This document shows, piece by piece, positions 30,680 to 41,547 of a stretch of 64,000 bases of DNA. Positions within the stretch are counted from its first letter, which is position 1. Each line of letters starts with the position of its first letter. A model generated the notes under the pieces. It was given only the letters and a program-made list of their open reading frames with translations. It was not told where the DNA came from and ran no database searches. Source of the DNA: an uncultured archaeon (GTDB lineage Archaea; Asgardarchaeota; Lokiarchaeia; Sigyniarchaeales; SOKP01); contig CAZALK010000022.1 of NCBI GenBank assembly GCA_964486045.1, forward strand, positions 1 through 64,000, read 5' to 3'. A program made the position numbers and the translations under genes.

Positions 30680-30926
30680 CTTTAGTATTTAATTACCTAC
30701 CGTTATTAAATGTATTTTTAAGTGTTAAATTTCAGTTAAAACTTTGATAATCCTAAATAGTTTAGTTAGTTTATAAAGATTCAGCACTAAACCTTGTTAT
30801 GTAATACAAGAACTATGTAATATTAAACATAAATCATGTATAATCAAAATATATAGAATAAATCACAAAAATTCAGTATATCAATAGAAGATTTTAATAA
30901 TTTTTATTCCATGATTTATATTTAAG

Positions 30927-31388
30927 ATGAATTCAATTGATGATTTTATTGAGAAATATCGCTTAGATCGTTTTGACGAAGCCTTAGAGCTTAAAAGTCG
31001 TGATAAAATCAGTTTTTATAATGAATTAGAGGCTTTAATGACTACTATTTGCAGAATTTTTGATAAACTAACAACTGTGTTTTCTCTAAGAGGAGGGCAA
31101 GTATTAATGAGTTTAGCAAAGTTACAAGCTTCTGAGGAAATTATATCTAAGACTGATATAATGAAATGTTTAAATATAGATAGACACGAAAAATTAATCC
31201 ATGCTTTTGATTTTTTGTTAGAGCAAAACTATATTGAAATCAAGAAAAAAACAAGTAAGTTTCATATGGTTAAATTGAATGAAAAAGATAATCCCGATTT
31301 TGAGTTATTTCGGGAAATTATTCAAAAGTTTTGGACATCCCCAGAGGAAGAAAAAAATAAAACAAAAGTGTGGGGTGATAAAAAGTGA
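30927..31388 (+). CDS. putative winged-helix DNA-binding protein
   Basis: ISKTDIMKCLNI...LIHAFDFLLEQNYIEI wHTH-like pattern. Confidence 0.5.
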   Translation: MNSIDDFIEKYRLDRFDEALELKSRDKISFYNELEALMTTICRIFDKLTTVFSLRGGQVLMSLAKLQASEEIISKTDIMKCLNIDRHEKLIHAFDFLLEQNYIEIKKKTSKFHMVKLNEKDNPDFELFREIIQKFWTSPEEEKNKTKVWGDKK

Positions 31389-32245
31389 AAGATTTAAATG
31401 ACACACACGGCGAATTAAACCTTGAGAGCAATGATCTGGGTCCAAACTTTTTTGCGATTATCAAAACTGAATATTTAAAGAATCTACTTAAGGTATATCT
31501 TCTAATAATTACACTTATTGGTTTATATATGATATACCAATTATTTATGATACCTTATGAGCAAGGTTCTGGAAAATATTTATCTGATCAAATTGTTTTT
31601 TGGTTTCTTTTCTTAATCTTTTTATTCATCCACTTCTTCTTATTATCCTACAACAGGTTTTCTCCAACATTGGTTAATTTTCTTAAGGAAGAATTGCATC
31701 ACTTAGGTTTTGAATTGCGAAGAAAGTACAAAACAAGACTAAATTTTTATTTGTTTAATAGTTTCTCTCTTATCTTCTTTATTGTAATGAATATTGGGAT
31801 TTCATATTCTCTAGATTATGTGATTATTTCTCTCAATATTAGATTACTGCTAATCTATATTTTTTCAAGTATTAGTATCCCAATCCTATTAGGAGTATTA
31901 CATGATAAATTTATTATCAAATTAAAATCCCCTTACTTCGTGCAATTTGATCTACAATGTAAACTAATAAAGCGGAGAGAAGTGGAGTCACAAATGATAA
32001 GAATTTTTATGATTTCCGATAAATTATGTTTAAAATCAAATGATTCAGGATTCAAAATCCATAAAGAGATATCAGAAAAAAGATGGCTTCCCAGAAAGGG
32101 AAGATTTACTCGTTCAACATATAATATAAAAAAATATTTGTATTTCTATGAATACTCAACTCCAATTAATTTTAAAGAGCATTTCTTAAATATTGTATCA
32201 GCTTTGAGAGAATGGGATACATCAATAAAAACTCATAAAAATTGA
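31385..32245 (+). CDS. hypothetical membrane protein
   Basis: 4 TM segments. Start overlaps the previous stop (GTGA). Confidence 0.6.
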   Translation: MKDLNDTHGELNLESNDLGPNFFAIIKTEYLKNLLKVYLLIITLIGLYMIYQLFMIPYEQGSGKYLSDQIVFWFLFLIFLFIHFFLLSYNRFSPTLVNFLKEELHHLGFELRRKYKTRLNFYLFNSFSLIFFIVMNIGISYSLDYVIISLNIRLLLIYIFSSISIPILLGVLHDKFIIKLKSPYFVQFDLQCKLIKRREVESQMIRIFMISDKLCLKSNDSGFKIHKEISEKRWLPRKGRFTRSTYNIKKYLYFYEYSTPINFKEHFLNIVSALREWDTSIKTHKN

Positions 32246-32272
32246 TATAAAAGCAATTTATTCCAAAAAAAG

Positions 32273-32989
32273 GTGAGAGTGAAAATCAAAAAAAAACTTA
32301 TAATTACCATCATAATAATCTTTCTAACAGGTACAATCACCCCCATGTCGTTATTTATTAATAATTCCTTAATTCTATCGAGAATCTACTATAAGATAAA
32401 TTATGGGGCAAACGTTCAAAATTTTGAGAGTATAATCGAAAAAAGTGAATTATTTGAATATGAAAGGTACGTTAAATATTACGCTTATAGGAAAGGTGAT
32501 GTTCAAAATTTAAGCAGATCGGATTATCACCATTATATTGACAGAGAATACATAGAATCTTTAAAGTTGAAGATTGAAGCAGATAAACAGAAATTTCATC
32601 TATTTCCAGCTTATCAACGTAATTTTGTTTATTCAGTAGAAGTTACTAATGAATCTTTGATATACCTGAACTACAACAATAAGGCAGTTATTAGAGCAGA
32701 GTACGCAGACCGCACAGAGATATTTAGGGCTAGCATGGCATTTTGGGAACCTAATTCCCCACATTGGACGGGGGTGTGGTATTTAAATTTTACACAAATC
32801 CCTTCTACTCCTAATTATAACGCTACGATTATATTAAGTAATATTTTTCTAGTGAAACTGAATCTAAAATATAATCAAGTTATTGGACTTGGGTCATCTT
32901 CATATTTAACAATTGAGCAAAGCTTATTTTTTAATTCTGATTTCCAAGTTATTTTTGTGACTATCGACGCAGCTGAAGCAGTTCAATAA
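32273..32989 (+). CDS. hypothetical N-terminally anchored protein
   Basis: Basic N-terminus followed by a hydrophobic stretch. Confidence 0.55.
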   Translation: MRVKIKKKLIITIIIIFLTGTITPMSLFINNSLILSRIYYKINYGANVQNFESIIEKSELFEYERYVKYYAYRKGDVQNLSRSDYHHYIDREYIESLKLKIEADKQKFHLFPAYQRNFVYSVEVTNESLIYLNYNNKAVIRAEYADRTEIFRASMAFWEPNSPHWTGVWYLNFTQIPSTPNYNATIILSNIFLVKLNLKYNQVIGLGSSSYLTIEQSLFFNSDFQVIFVTIDAAEAVQ

Positions 32990-33298
32990 GATTAAAACTC
33001 GATGTCGATGATTTAATAGAAATAGATATCTAAATTCAGAGTCTGATTTCAATGAAAATTCCTTTGAAAAAATCAAATTTAAATTTTTTTCTTTAATCAT
33101 TCACAAAACTCGTAACTCTTACAATATTTATGAATATTACAAATGGTATAATTAAAGCAAATGGACAAGAAAATTGAATTTCAAATAGTTCGTAAAATAT
33201 AAGAAAAAAAATTCACTTTAAGTAAATTATAAATGAAGAGATTTCTATCATTATTTAGGGCCTAAACAATAAAAAGAGTTTTTTTTAAAATTTATAGA

Positions 33299-33886
33299 GT
33301 GTTAAAAATTAAAAGCAAAATTAAAAGTTTTTTTTGGATATTGCCATTAATTGGGGGACTTCTAACACTCAGAGCAATTTTTACTCCAGCAGCTTATTAT
33401 TTTGAGAGTAGTGGGCACTTAATTTTTTGGATGTGGGGTTGGTATGATAGATTAGGTATATGGGATTATGGCATGGCAAAGGGATTAATTACTGATCCAT
33501 TAATCCTTAATATTGGAACTATATGTACTGTATTAATAATAGTTGGTGCATCTATCTTCATCGTTAACAGCATTTCAGCGGCTTTTATATTTAAGAAAGG
33601 TAATAGGTTTACCAAAATTGTATTATGGGTATGGTTTTTATGTGGAATATTATTTATTATAGCACCAATCTTTTGGATGACAATGGTACAAATTTTTCCA
33701 CCATTTTCACCAATTCCTGTTGGTAGTGACCCTCCTCTTAATTTCTGGCACGTCTTTTTTCCAGCCTGGGCAGTTATAGCCCCAATTATAACTGGTGCTT
33801 TATCTTGTGGTACTGTTATTCTATATAAAATAATATTGATTAAATCATATAAGAACGCAAATAGAAATAAAATAAAAAAATTTTAA
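33299..33886 (+). CDS. hypothetical 4-TM membrane protein
   Basis: Four hydrophobic segments, TPAAY..WMWG. Confidence 0.6.
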   Translation: MLKIKSKIKSFFWILPLIGGLLTLRAIFTPAAYYFESSGHLIFWMWGWYDRLGIWDYGMAKGLITDPLILNIGTICTVLIIVGASIFIVNSISAAFIFKKGNRFTKIVLWVWFLCGILFIIAPIFWMTMVQIFPPFSPIPVGSDPPLNFWHVFFPAWAVIAPIITGALSCGTVILYKIILIKSYKNANRNKIKKF

Positions 33887-33913
33887 TCTCCTATTAAAAT
33901 GAAATTTTAAACA

Positions 33914-34090
33914 AAGAATAGTATAAAACTCTTTGAAAAATTGGATTTTCAAATTGGTATCGCTTATAGTTTGCAAACGATAGGGGAAATAAGTTATTAC
34001 AAAGGAGATCTTAATAGTGCATTAGAATTGATTAAGAAATCTCTATCTACAGAGAGAATTGCCGATATCACTAAAGTTCAAGAGCAATAG
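33914..34090 (+). pseudogene. TPR-repeat gene remnant
   Basis: Start-less frame KNSIKLFEKLDFQIGIAYSLQTIGEISYYKGDLNSALELIKKSL resembles a TPR repeat. Confidence 0.55.
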
Positions 34091-34224
34091 GTGTTGCTGC
34101 TGGAAGTAAAGTTATTAAAAGTTATAATTTCAAGAAAAAAATGATTATAAAACCTCAATTAGACTAATCCCAATTTAAGATATTATAATTCATTTTTTTT
34201 GGTAAAATCGTAAGAAACCTTTTC

Positions 34225-35118
34225 CTATGCAAGCTGTTTACTAGCATTTTCAAAGAATCTTTTCTTCTTCAATCTCTCATTATACTCATATATAATGATA
34301 CGCATTATTCCATATAATATAACTATAATTCCGACAATTGTCAGGAATATCGTCCAATAAATTGCACCCGATTTAGATTTTAATATGTTAATATTTGAGA
34401 GGAGATATATAGTAAAAAATAAACCTCCAGCGGTAAAAATTGAACCTAAAATCAATAAAAATAGTCCTTTCATTCTAGGATTGCTTATTAGGGAATAAAT
34501 ACCAACAAAAATAACCAATAATCCAAGAACACCTAACCCTAACATTAGGAATTCATTGCCAAATATATAAAATCTCACATTTAATATCAAGGAGATGTAC
34601 CATATAATAGGGATACTTAGCATGATTAAACCTGAAATAACTAGAACCGATCCACTTCTATTTTTCTTTTCTCTCATATGTTTTAAATTATTTTTTCTTA
34701 GTCCTAATTCCAATTCTACAAGACTGGTAATACCACCAATAAATAAGAGCAATTCTGGGAGAGAGATGTAAAATATTTCAATTAAAACTTCAAAAAACTC
34801 TGCAAGAGTAAGAGATTTAGCGCCTCCAAGTTGAATTAACAAAAATAGAGGTAAACTAAATCCTACAAAAAAACACATAATACGCCCAACTCTTACCGAT
34901 TTTATTTGCCTATTTTTACCTATTTGCCAACTTTTGTCTATGAATCCTAAAAGTGCGCCAACTATTGCACCTCCATTAGGGAATAGAAAAAAATAAAAGA
35001 ATAGAACAGATTCCACATCCCAGTTCCACAGAGAATAATACCATCGAGCAAAGAAATACATTAAAATAAAGAATAAGATACCACCAATCATACTAATGCT
35101 CAAGCCTATCTTTGACAA
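34225..35118 (-). CDS. membrane protein; N-half paralogous to 35325..35771
   Basis: SKIGLSISMIGGILFFILMY...GGAIVGALLGFID shared with the neighbour. Likely TTG start at 35118. Confidence 0.65.
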   Translation of the reverse strand: MSKIGLSISMIGGILFFILMYFFARWYYSLWNWDVESVLFFYFFLFPNGGAIVGALLGFIDKSWQIGKNRQIKSVRVGRIMCFFVGFSLPLFLLIQLGGAKSLTLAEFFEVLIEIFYISLPELLLFIGGITSLVELELGLRKNNLKHMREKKNRSGSVLVISGLIMLSIPIIWYISLILNVRFYIFGNEFLMLGLGVLGLLVIFVGIYSLISNPRMKGLFLLILGSIFTAGGLFFTIYLLSNINILKSKSGAIYWTIFLTIVGIIVILYGIMRIIIYEYNERLKKKRFFENASKQLA

Positions 35119-36110
35119 TTTACACCCTTTTAAGTATGTTTTACACAAAATTTTCTCACTAATAGTGGAAAACTATGTATTTTGCCTATAATAGATAAGG
35201 AAAATTTTCTTTAAATTTCTTATCGTGTTTTAATTCAGAGTATTTTATATAAAATGTATAGTAAAACAATTGAAAGCAAGAAGAACAGTTGAATTACTTT
35301 TACTTTATAATTTTCTTAAAGTGCCTATTCTTGAGCAAATTTATTTTTTCTTAGTTCTAATTGCCATTCTATAATACTGGTAATACCACCAATAAACAAT
35401 ATCAACATAGGGATAGTGTGATAAAATCCATCAAGAAACGATTCAAAAAAACTAATAAGAAAAATAGATGGATTTGCTAAAAAATAATATAAAATCAATA
35501 GAGGATAAATGATTCCTACTAAAAAACACATAATACTCCCGACTTTCACCAATCTCATTTGCCAATTTTTACCTATTTGCCAAATGTTGTCTATAAATCC
35601 TAAAAGTGCCCCAACTATTGCACCACCATATATGAATATAAAAAAAAGAAAACCTAGAAGACCTTTCATACCATATATCCATAAAAGATAATATTGTCTA
35701 GCATAAATATACATTAAAATAAAGTATAAAATACCACCAATCATGCTTACACTCAAGCCTATTTTTGACAATTTACACCCTCATAAGTATATTTCATACA
35801 AAATTTTCTTACTAATAGTAGAAAACTATATATTTTGCCTATAATAGATAAGGAAAATTTTCTTTAAATTTCTTATCGTGTTTTAATTCAGAGTATTTTA
35901 TATAAAATGTATAGTAAAACAATTGAAAGCAAGAAGAACAGTTGAATTACTTTTACTTTATAATTTTCTTAAAGTGCCTATTCTTGAGCAAATTTATTTT
36001 TTCTTAGTTCCAATCCCCATTCTATCATACCGCTAATACTTCCAATAAATAATATCGATATAGGGATAGTCATATAAAATACATCAAGAAACGATTCAAA
36101 AAAACCGATA
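35080..36110. repeat. tandem duplication, period 653 bp, with a 3'-end remnant of a third gene copy at about 35978-36110
   Basis: 35161-35357 is nearly identical to 35814-36010. The third copy retains the same stop codon region. Confidence 0.85.
35325..35771 (-). CDS. 4-TM membrane protein, tandem paralogue
   Basis: High similarity to the N-half of 34225..35118. Confidence 0.65.
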   Translation of the reverse strand: MSKIGLSVSMIGGILYFILMYIYARQYYLLWIYGMKGLLGFLFFIFIYGGAIVGALLGFIDNIWQIGKNWQMRLVKVGSIMCFLVGIIYPLLILYYFLANPSIFLISFFESFLDGFYHTIPMLILFIGGITSIIEWQLELRKNKFAQE

Positions 36111-36289
36111 AAAAAAGTAACGACAAATGTAAACAGACCTTGGGAAGATATGTAAAAAGATTGGGATTTATTAAGAACTCAATTCGAGGATAATTTTTGA
36201 AAAGACTTGATTTCCATTTTCCAGATGACATTTTAAACCATCAGGAAACATGTGTCACGAAATCTATTATTTTGTTCTATCTTTTGTTT

Positions 36290-36583
36290 CTAAGTTATCG
36301 CAGAATCATCAAATTCTTTTGTAATTAAAAAATATCGGTTACTGTAAAAGATCAGAGCTAAACCTCCTAAAATACCTAATATTGTGCTCCATCCATACTG
36401 TTGAACCCATAGGGAAAAGTAATTTAATGGACTTAATTCAAAAGACTCCATTCCTTGGGGGATAGAAATAAATCTATAAACCAAATTATAGGTTAGGTAA
36501 ATCGTTATAATACTAACAAATAAGAAAAAAGATCCAATTATAACTAAAATTACTCCTTTACCTTTTTTCCTAAAAAAAAGCAC
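36290..36583 (-). CDS. small 2-TM hypothetical protein
   Basis: Two hydrophobic segments. Confidence 0.5.
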   Translation of the reverse strand: MLFFRKKGKGVILVIIGSFFLFVSIITIYLTYNLVYRFISIPQGMESFELSPLNYFSLWVQQYGWSTILGILGGLALIFYSNRYFLITKEFDDSAIT

Positions 36584-36636
36584 TCTCCTGTTTTTTACTT
36601 TATTGTAGATTATGTATTAGGATCAAAAAGAGTTAT

Positions 36637-36900
36637 TTAATATTTACTCTCAAGATTATTGCAAACTGGATTTTTGTCTTTTGGGAGTGTACACTTGTTA
36701 CACATACAATCTAACTTCCCCTTCATCTGGTTTGTCCCTGTTTGGGACTTTGGGTAGTGAACGTCACCCTTAACTTTTCCAAAGTTTGGTTTATTAAAGA
36801 CTCTGAATTTACCTTTCCAAACATAATATTTTGTCTCACCTCCAGAAAACATAAAACTCTTATATTTGGTAGATCGTCTTTTCATTTTACAATATGACAT
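36637..36900 (-). CDS. small basic Cys-containing hypothetical protein
   Basis: 87-aa ORF with ATG start, CMCNKC. Confidence 0.4.
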   Translation of the reverse strand: MSYCKMKRRSTKYKSFMFSGGETKYYVWKGKFRVFNKPNFGKVKGDVHYPKSQTGTNQMKGKLDCMCNKCTLPKDKNPVCNNLESKY

Positions 36901-37318
36901 TCAAGTAAAAACATTTAAATACAAATTTTGACTAGAAATAATTTATAATCCAGTTCTATGCAAAAAAACGATATTAAACTTCTAGACCATAATATTATAA
37001 TATTATAATATTAGGCCTAAGAACATCTTATATGAAGAGGGCGAATATGGGACAAAAGAAGGTAGAGAATAAGGAAAACCACATATTTGCTACGGTTTTT
37101 CTTCGTTCTAGAGCTGAGAATATCCCCTTGGGGAAGGATGGAAAAATAATGAGAGAATCAAATGATATATGACCTCCCCCTGAATAATTTTTTATGGTCC
37201 TGCTTCACTTTCTATGGGAAAATACACAAGCATAACTTGGAAATCAGAATTAAAAATCTTAAGGTTAGTGATAATCATTTAAATTAAACATGATTCTATT
37301 ATTATTAAAGGATTCCTT

Positions 37319-38008
37319 ATGAAGAAAACTCATTATATCGTTATAGTGATATTTGGAATTTTAATTTCTCAGTCGATAATGCTTGTTGAAGGTTCTACCG
37401 AATGGAGTGCATCCATTTCTACTTCACCTTATCATTGGAAATCTACTTTAAACAAATTTTCAGACGCTGATTTATATCCTGATGGGGAATTAGTTGGCGG
37501 GATTAATAGTCCAGGAGGGGATATTCAAATATTGTTGAGGTCAATTCCCAGTAATAACTTCAATTTTTTTGAAGGTGACAGATTAGATTTTTTAATCGGT
37601 CTTGAAGGAGACGTGGCAATTGATGTCAGTAAATCTAATAGTGATTATCATCTTCTAATTTTACCAATTAACGTCAATGGAACCAATTTTTTCGAACTTT
37701 TATTTGAACAAACAGAACTACTGCAGAATCTTACTCATTCTATTTATATAAATTCAAGTATAGTTAACGATATTGCAACTCTTAATTTTAAATTTAATAA
37801 CACTCTCGATGTAAGATATGAATGGGACATCACGACTGGGCTGTTAACGAGAAAATCAGTTATTTCTCCGTCTGGACCTAAGTTAATTATGGTTCCAGGT
37901 ATAGGGCGTAGATTTATGGCTATTCCATCTTATTCTCTCTTAATAATATATCTCTCAACTATTATCGGAATTCTAATTATTGGAAAAAAAACACATTCAA
38001 ATGTCTAG
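37319..38008 (+). CDS. secreted protein with C-terminal IPSY sorting-like signal
   Basis: Signal peptide, YEWDITTGLL, IPSYS-TM-KK. Confidence 0.65.
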   Translation: MKKTHYIVIVIFGILISQSIMLVEGSTEWSASISTSPYHWKSTLNKFSDADLYPDGELVGGINSPGGDIQILLRSIPSNNFNFFEGDRLDFLIGLEGDVAIDVSKSNSDYHLLILPINVNGTNFFELLFEQTELLQNLTHSIYINSSIVNDIATLNFKFNNTLDVRYEWDITTGLLTRKSVISPSGPKLIMVPGIGRRFMAIPSYSLLIIYLSTIIGILIIGKKTHSNV

Positions 38009-38168
38009 TAATACCAATTTTAGCTTAAATTACTTCTTAATCACCTCGGAGTTTCCAGGATTGGCAGATATATTAAACTCCATTTACGCTTCAGATTCCG
38101 AACACTTCAGTATTACCTTTGATATCGGTAATTTTAATAAATAATAGCAATTATTCAAATATTTTATC

Positions 38169-38339
38169 CTATGCTAGAGAATGCGCTAAAGATTCAGTTT
38201 TTCCGCAATCTACGCACGCTTTGGGTAGAGATTTGAAAGCCATGCCACATTTAGGGCATTTGCATAAAGAATTAATGAAGAAGAGGGTTAAGTTGAGACC
38301 TCTTTTTCTACAAGATCCTGTGAGTATGTAAAGAAGCAC
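38169..38339 (-). CDS. possible small zinc-ribbon protein or remnant (56 aa, below the ORF-track cutoff)
   Basis: CPKCGMAFKSLPKACVDCG. Confidence 0.3.
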   Translation of the reverse strand: MLLYILTGSCRKRGLNLTLFFINSLCKCPKCGMAFKSLPKACVDCGKTESLAHSLA

Positions 38340-38538
38340 GCGGGAGATATCATCTTACTTATATTTATCGTGTTAGCAATTTCGGGGTTAGTGAGCATTG
38401 ATATTATCTGGGGAGGGTTAGTCAATTATATCTCCTAATTTAGTACAGGGAGCAAAAAAGGCAGAAAGTAATTGCGACAACTCATAAAAAGAAAAAAAAT
38501 AATTGGAGAGTGAGATTTTTTATATTTAATACCTTAAT

Positions 38539-38817
38539 TTAACCATCAAATTCGTGTTGTAAGATATAACGTTCAGCTGGACCCGTAATTCCTGATGCTT
38601 TCATTTGTTCTTGAGTCCCAGAAGATTCCATGAATGCTTTGAATTTTGTCGGATCATCAACTTCCATTAAAACCCATGCTTCATTTCGATTCCCCATGGT
38701 AGTAAACACACGCCAACCTTTAGCACTTGCTCCCTTTCTTCCTTCTGCGTTTTTATTGAACACATTTTTCCATTCATCATAATCCTTATAATTTACTTTT
38801 ATTAATGAAAACGGCAT
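38539..38817 (-). CDS. small dimeric alpha-beta barrel (cyclase/ABM-like) protein
   Basis: KDYDEWKNVF...MKASGITG pattern. Confidence 0.65.
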   Translation of the reverse strand: MPFSLIKVNYKDYDEWKNVFNKNAEGRKGASAKGWRVFTTMGNRNEAWVLMEVDDPTKFKAFMESSGTQEQMKASGITGPAERYILQHEFDG

Positions 38818-38966
38818 AAGATATGACCTAATTTTTTTTAATTAATTGATGTTGTTCGAACAGATGATATTTTTATATTTAAATTTCTCTATGATAAAAT
38901 AAAAAGGTGAAAGAATTAGGTATTTCAAATGCGGAATCCTCTAGATTTAGAGAAAACACTTTAAAA

Positions 38967-39242
38967 TTATTTTATTTCAGATTTTGAAATCTTCTTTAGA
39001 ATTCGATTAAAATTAAAAGCAGAAGCAAGTAAAACATATTGCTTCTTACTTTTTACTTCTTCGATTTTATTACTCTCAATAAAATCCTGAATATCCTTTA
39101 ACAAAACTTCAAATAATTCATGTAATTTCCTGTTTTCTAATTCACTCAAAAACATTATCGAATTAACCGATTCATTTCCTCCAAATATCTCTTGAATTAT
39201 CTGAGCTACTGTGGTGAATTTACATAAGATAGCATTTAATTA
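38967..39242 (-). pseudogene. 3' fragment of a helical protein gene
   Basis: The frame is open about 29 codons upstream of the ATG at 39155 without a start codon. Confidence 0.35.
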
Positions 39243-39431
39243 AGTTCATAAGAGAGAGAACTAGTGCTACTCATAAATTTGATAAAAATGCGAAGAACTG
39301 TATAATTTCTCGGCTACATATTTTTTTTTACACAAATGTGATCATTTTTATGTAAAAACAAAAATTTATATGTAAATCAGTTTATTAATTATAAAATTAG
39401 TTTTATTTTACTAAAAATGGTGTAAAAAAGT

Positions 39432-40181
39432 ATGGATCAGGATCTTATGTTATTTGGATTTAAAATTGTTTTCGCTGTAATCCAATGGATTATAGCATTA
39501 GCTTTAATATTCAGAGTTAAAAAAACTAAATTAAATAATTTATATCTCTTAGCATTTACCCTTTTTCTAGAAGGTATTGGTACTATGTTTTTATCAGGAT
39601 CACTTACTATATTATTGATAGCTTTTATTACGCTCGATATTGCCGTTTGGAGTCATTTAATCTTTATCAAATTAACTTTTTATAAAGATAGGAAAAGCCC
39701 CATTTCGATATTATTAGCGTTAACTATACCAGTTACAATTGTACACTGGATTTTATCAGGAATATATGACATTGGATTGAATACAAGTTTTCTTTTATTC
39801 TTTGTAGCGAGATTATTATACTCTATACTCACGTATATTTCATATGGTTGGATGGCTTATTCATTAATAAAATCGTACTTGAAAATTAGAAATAATAAAA
39901 TGTTGGAACCATGGGTAAAAGCAAGATATCTTTTAGTAATAACTTATGTTTTAGGAAAATTATTGATTGGAATATTACTACCTATATCTCCCAAGGACCA
40001 GTTAGCTTTAGACTGGAGCTTAATGGCTATGGCTTTTGTAAGCTTAATCATTTTAGTTTCACAATTTTTAGCATGGGTAATGCCAGAAGGCTTGAGAAAA
40101 TGGTTGAACCGAAATTTTACTGTTCAAGTAGAAGAAATTTTTTCTGAAGAAGAATTATTGAAGAGTTTGGAGGGTGAATAA
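39432..40181 (+). CDS. 7-TM membrane protein
   Basis: Seven TM segments, FIKLTFY, EPWVKARY, WVMPEGLRKWLNR. Confidence 0.7.
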   Translation: MDQDLMLFGFKIVFAVIQWIIALALIFRVKKTKLNNLYLLAFTLFLEGIGTMFLSGSLTILLIAFITLDIAVWSHLIFIKLTFYKDRKSPISILLALTIPVTIVHWILSGIYDIGLNTSFLLFFVARLLYSILTYISYGWMAYSLIKSYLKIRNNKMLEPWVKARYLLVITYVLGKLLIGILLPISPKDQLALDWSLMAMAFVSLIILVSQFLAWVMPEGLRKWLNRNFTVQVEEIFSEEELLKSLEGE

Positions 40182-40184
40182 CAA

Positions 40185-40448
40185 TTGAATGCTATCAGTA
40201 TTTTTGGGCAAATATTGTCAGAAAAAATTAATTTAAAATTAATGCTTAGTAAGGGAGTCATTAGAATTGCATTTGTGGAAGCAAATTTAGATCCTAATAC
40301 ATCTAAATATGGGCATTACAAAAAAGTTTTTGAAGAATATTTGAAAGAAAGGCTTGAACGGATTGGTATTGAAAACACTGCTGATATCGTTGAATATATG
40401 ATTTCTGAACTTGTAAGGAATCAAGCTGTTTTTACTATGGGATCTTAA
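40185..40448 (+). CDS. small soluble partner of the 7-TM protein
   Basis: Starts 3 nt after the upstream stop. KGVIRIAF, LKERLERIGI. Confidence 0.65.
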   Translation: MNAISIFGQILSEKINLKLMLSKGVIRIAFVEANLDPNTSKYGHYKKVFEEYLKERLERIGIENTADIVEYMISELVRNQAVFTMGS

Positions 40449-40695
40449 TTTATTCAGTATCTACAATTTTTTTTTTTTTAATTGTGTCAAATCCATCATT
40501 GGCGCATATAGATTAATGATTTCGGTGTAATTCATATATTTATTGTCAAATAAAATTGTAACATCTCAGGTACGTGTAACAATCGCAGCTACATATCGTG
40601 TAATGGTATTACATTATTATACTGGTCATCATGAATAATTTTGAATTTCATATGCAAATCTAGGATTGAAGGTCAGGTTTATGTTTTGAATCCCT

Positions 40696-41427
40696 TTATT
40701 TTCTTAACTTGGGAATCAACCTACCAGTCTTCTCCATATATTCTTCGTAGTCTTTCCCAAAGATTTTCTTCATATACTCTTCCTCACATTGCACTTCTTT
40801 TGTTACAAATGTAAACTTTCCTTCTCGATCACATTCTTCAATAGAGTGTGTAGAGATGGTAAAAGCCATAAAGTAGAAAAGGGATAATAAGTTCAGGGTT
40901 ATGAGGAGAAATCCTACGGGTATGAGGATAAAAGAGAGGTATAGAGGATGCCTTATATATGCATATAAACCAGTCGTTATCATCCTCCTCTCCTCGGTTG
41001 CTTTAGAATAGACTTCTTTGGTGACAGTTTTTCCCGCTATTAAGTATAAAATAAAACCAAAAAATATTATGATTAGGCCCATTATCTGTATGATTAGACC
41101 CATTATCTGTAGATAGATATTAATGGGATTAAAAAATGACAAGTACGGAGAATATAAGATTCCCATTCTGAGTATCAAACCATCTATAATGAACAATAAA
41201 GGGATAATTATGCTGATAGGTTCCTGAATTAAGCCCCAAATCTTAGGTGCCATCTTCACCTTCCGCTTTTCAGATTGTTTCGCTTCAAGCTCTTTCTTCC
41301 TAGCTTCAGTCAAAAACTTTTTTCCCCCCCAGTATCCCCATATGATATTATAGGTTAATATATGACATATTAAAATAACTAAAATAAGTACAGCCAACAA
41401 TTTCATCGGTATCATAAGCGATGTCAT
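40696..41427 (-). CDS. isoprenylcysteine carboxyl methyltransferase (ICMT/PEMT) family protein
   Basis: ITTGLYAYIRHPLY, EEEYM..FGKDYEEY...GRLIP. Confidence 0.85.
   Translation of the reverse strand: MTSLMIPMKLLAVLILVILICHILTYNIIWGYWGGKKFLTEARKKELEAKQSEKRKVKMAPKIWGLIQEPISIIIPLLFIIDGLILRMGILYSPYLSFFNPINIYLQIMGLIIQIMGLIIIFFGFILYLIAGKTVTKEVYSKATEERRMITTGLYAYIRHPLYLSFILIPVGFLLITLNLLSLFYFMAFTISTHSIEECDREGKFTFVTKEVQCEEEYMKKIFGKDYEEYMEKTGRLIPKLRK
41068..41109. repeat. 21-bp intragenic tandem duplication (QIMGLII x2)
   Basis: tatgattaggcccattatctg / tatgattagacccattatctg. Confidence 0.85.
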
Positions 41428-41547
41428 TGGATCACCTTACACCTAGTCAGCTTATTCTTCTTGAGGATTTTTCATTTTTTAAACTTGGGAAGCAACAAAG
41501 TTAGTTCTTTGGTTTTCAAAAAGAAAAAATCGAAGCTTCATCCATAC

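Noticed and set aside
38335-38415. BHB-like pairing (AGAU/AUCU with AAU and CCC bulges) on the minus strand near the zinc-ribbon fragment
   Set aside because: The predicted excision does not produce a sensible open frame with a start codon, so it is probably chance.
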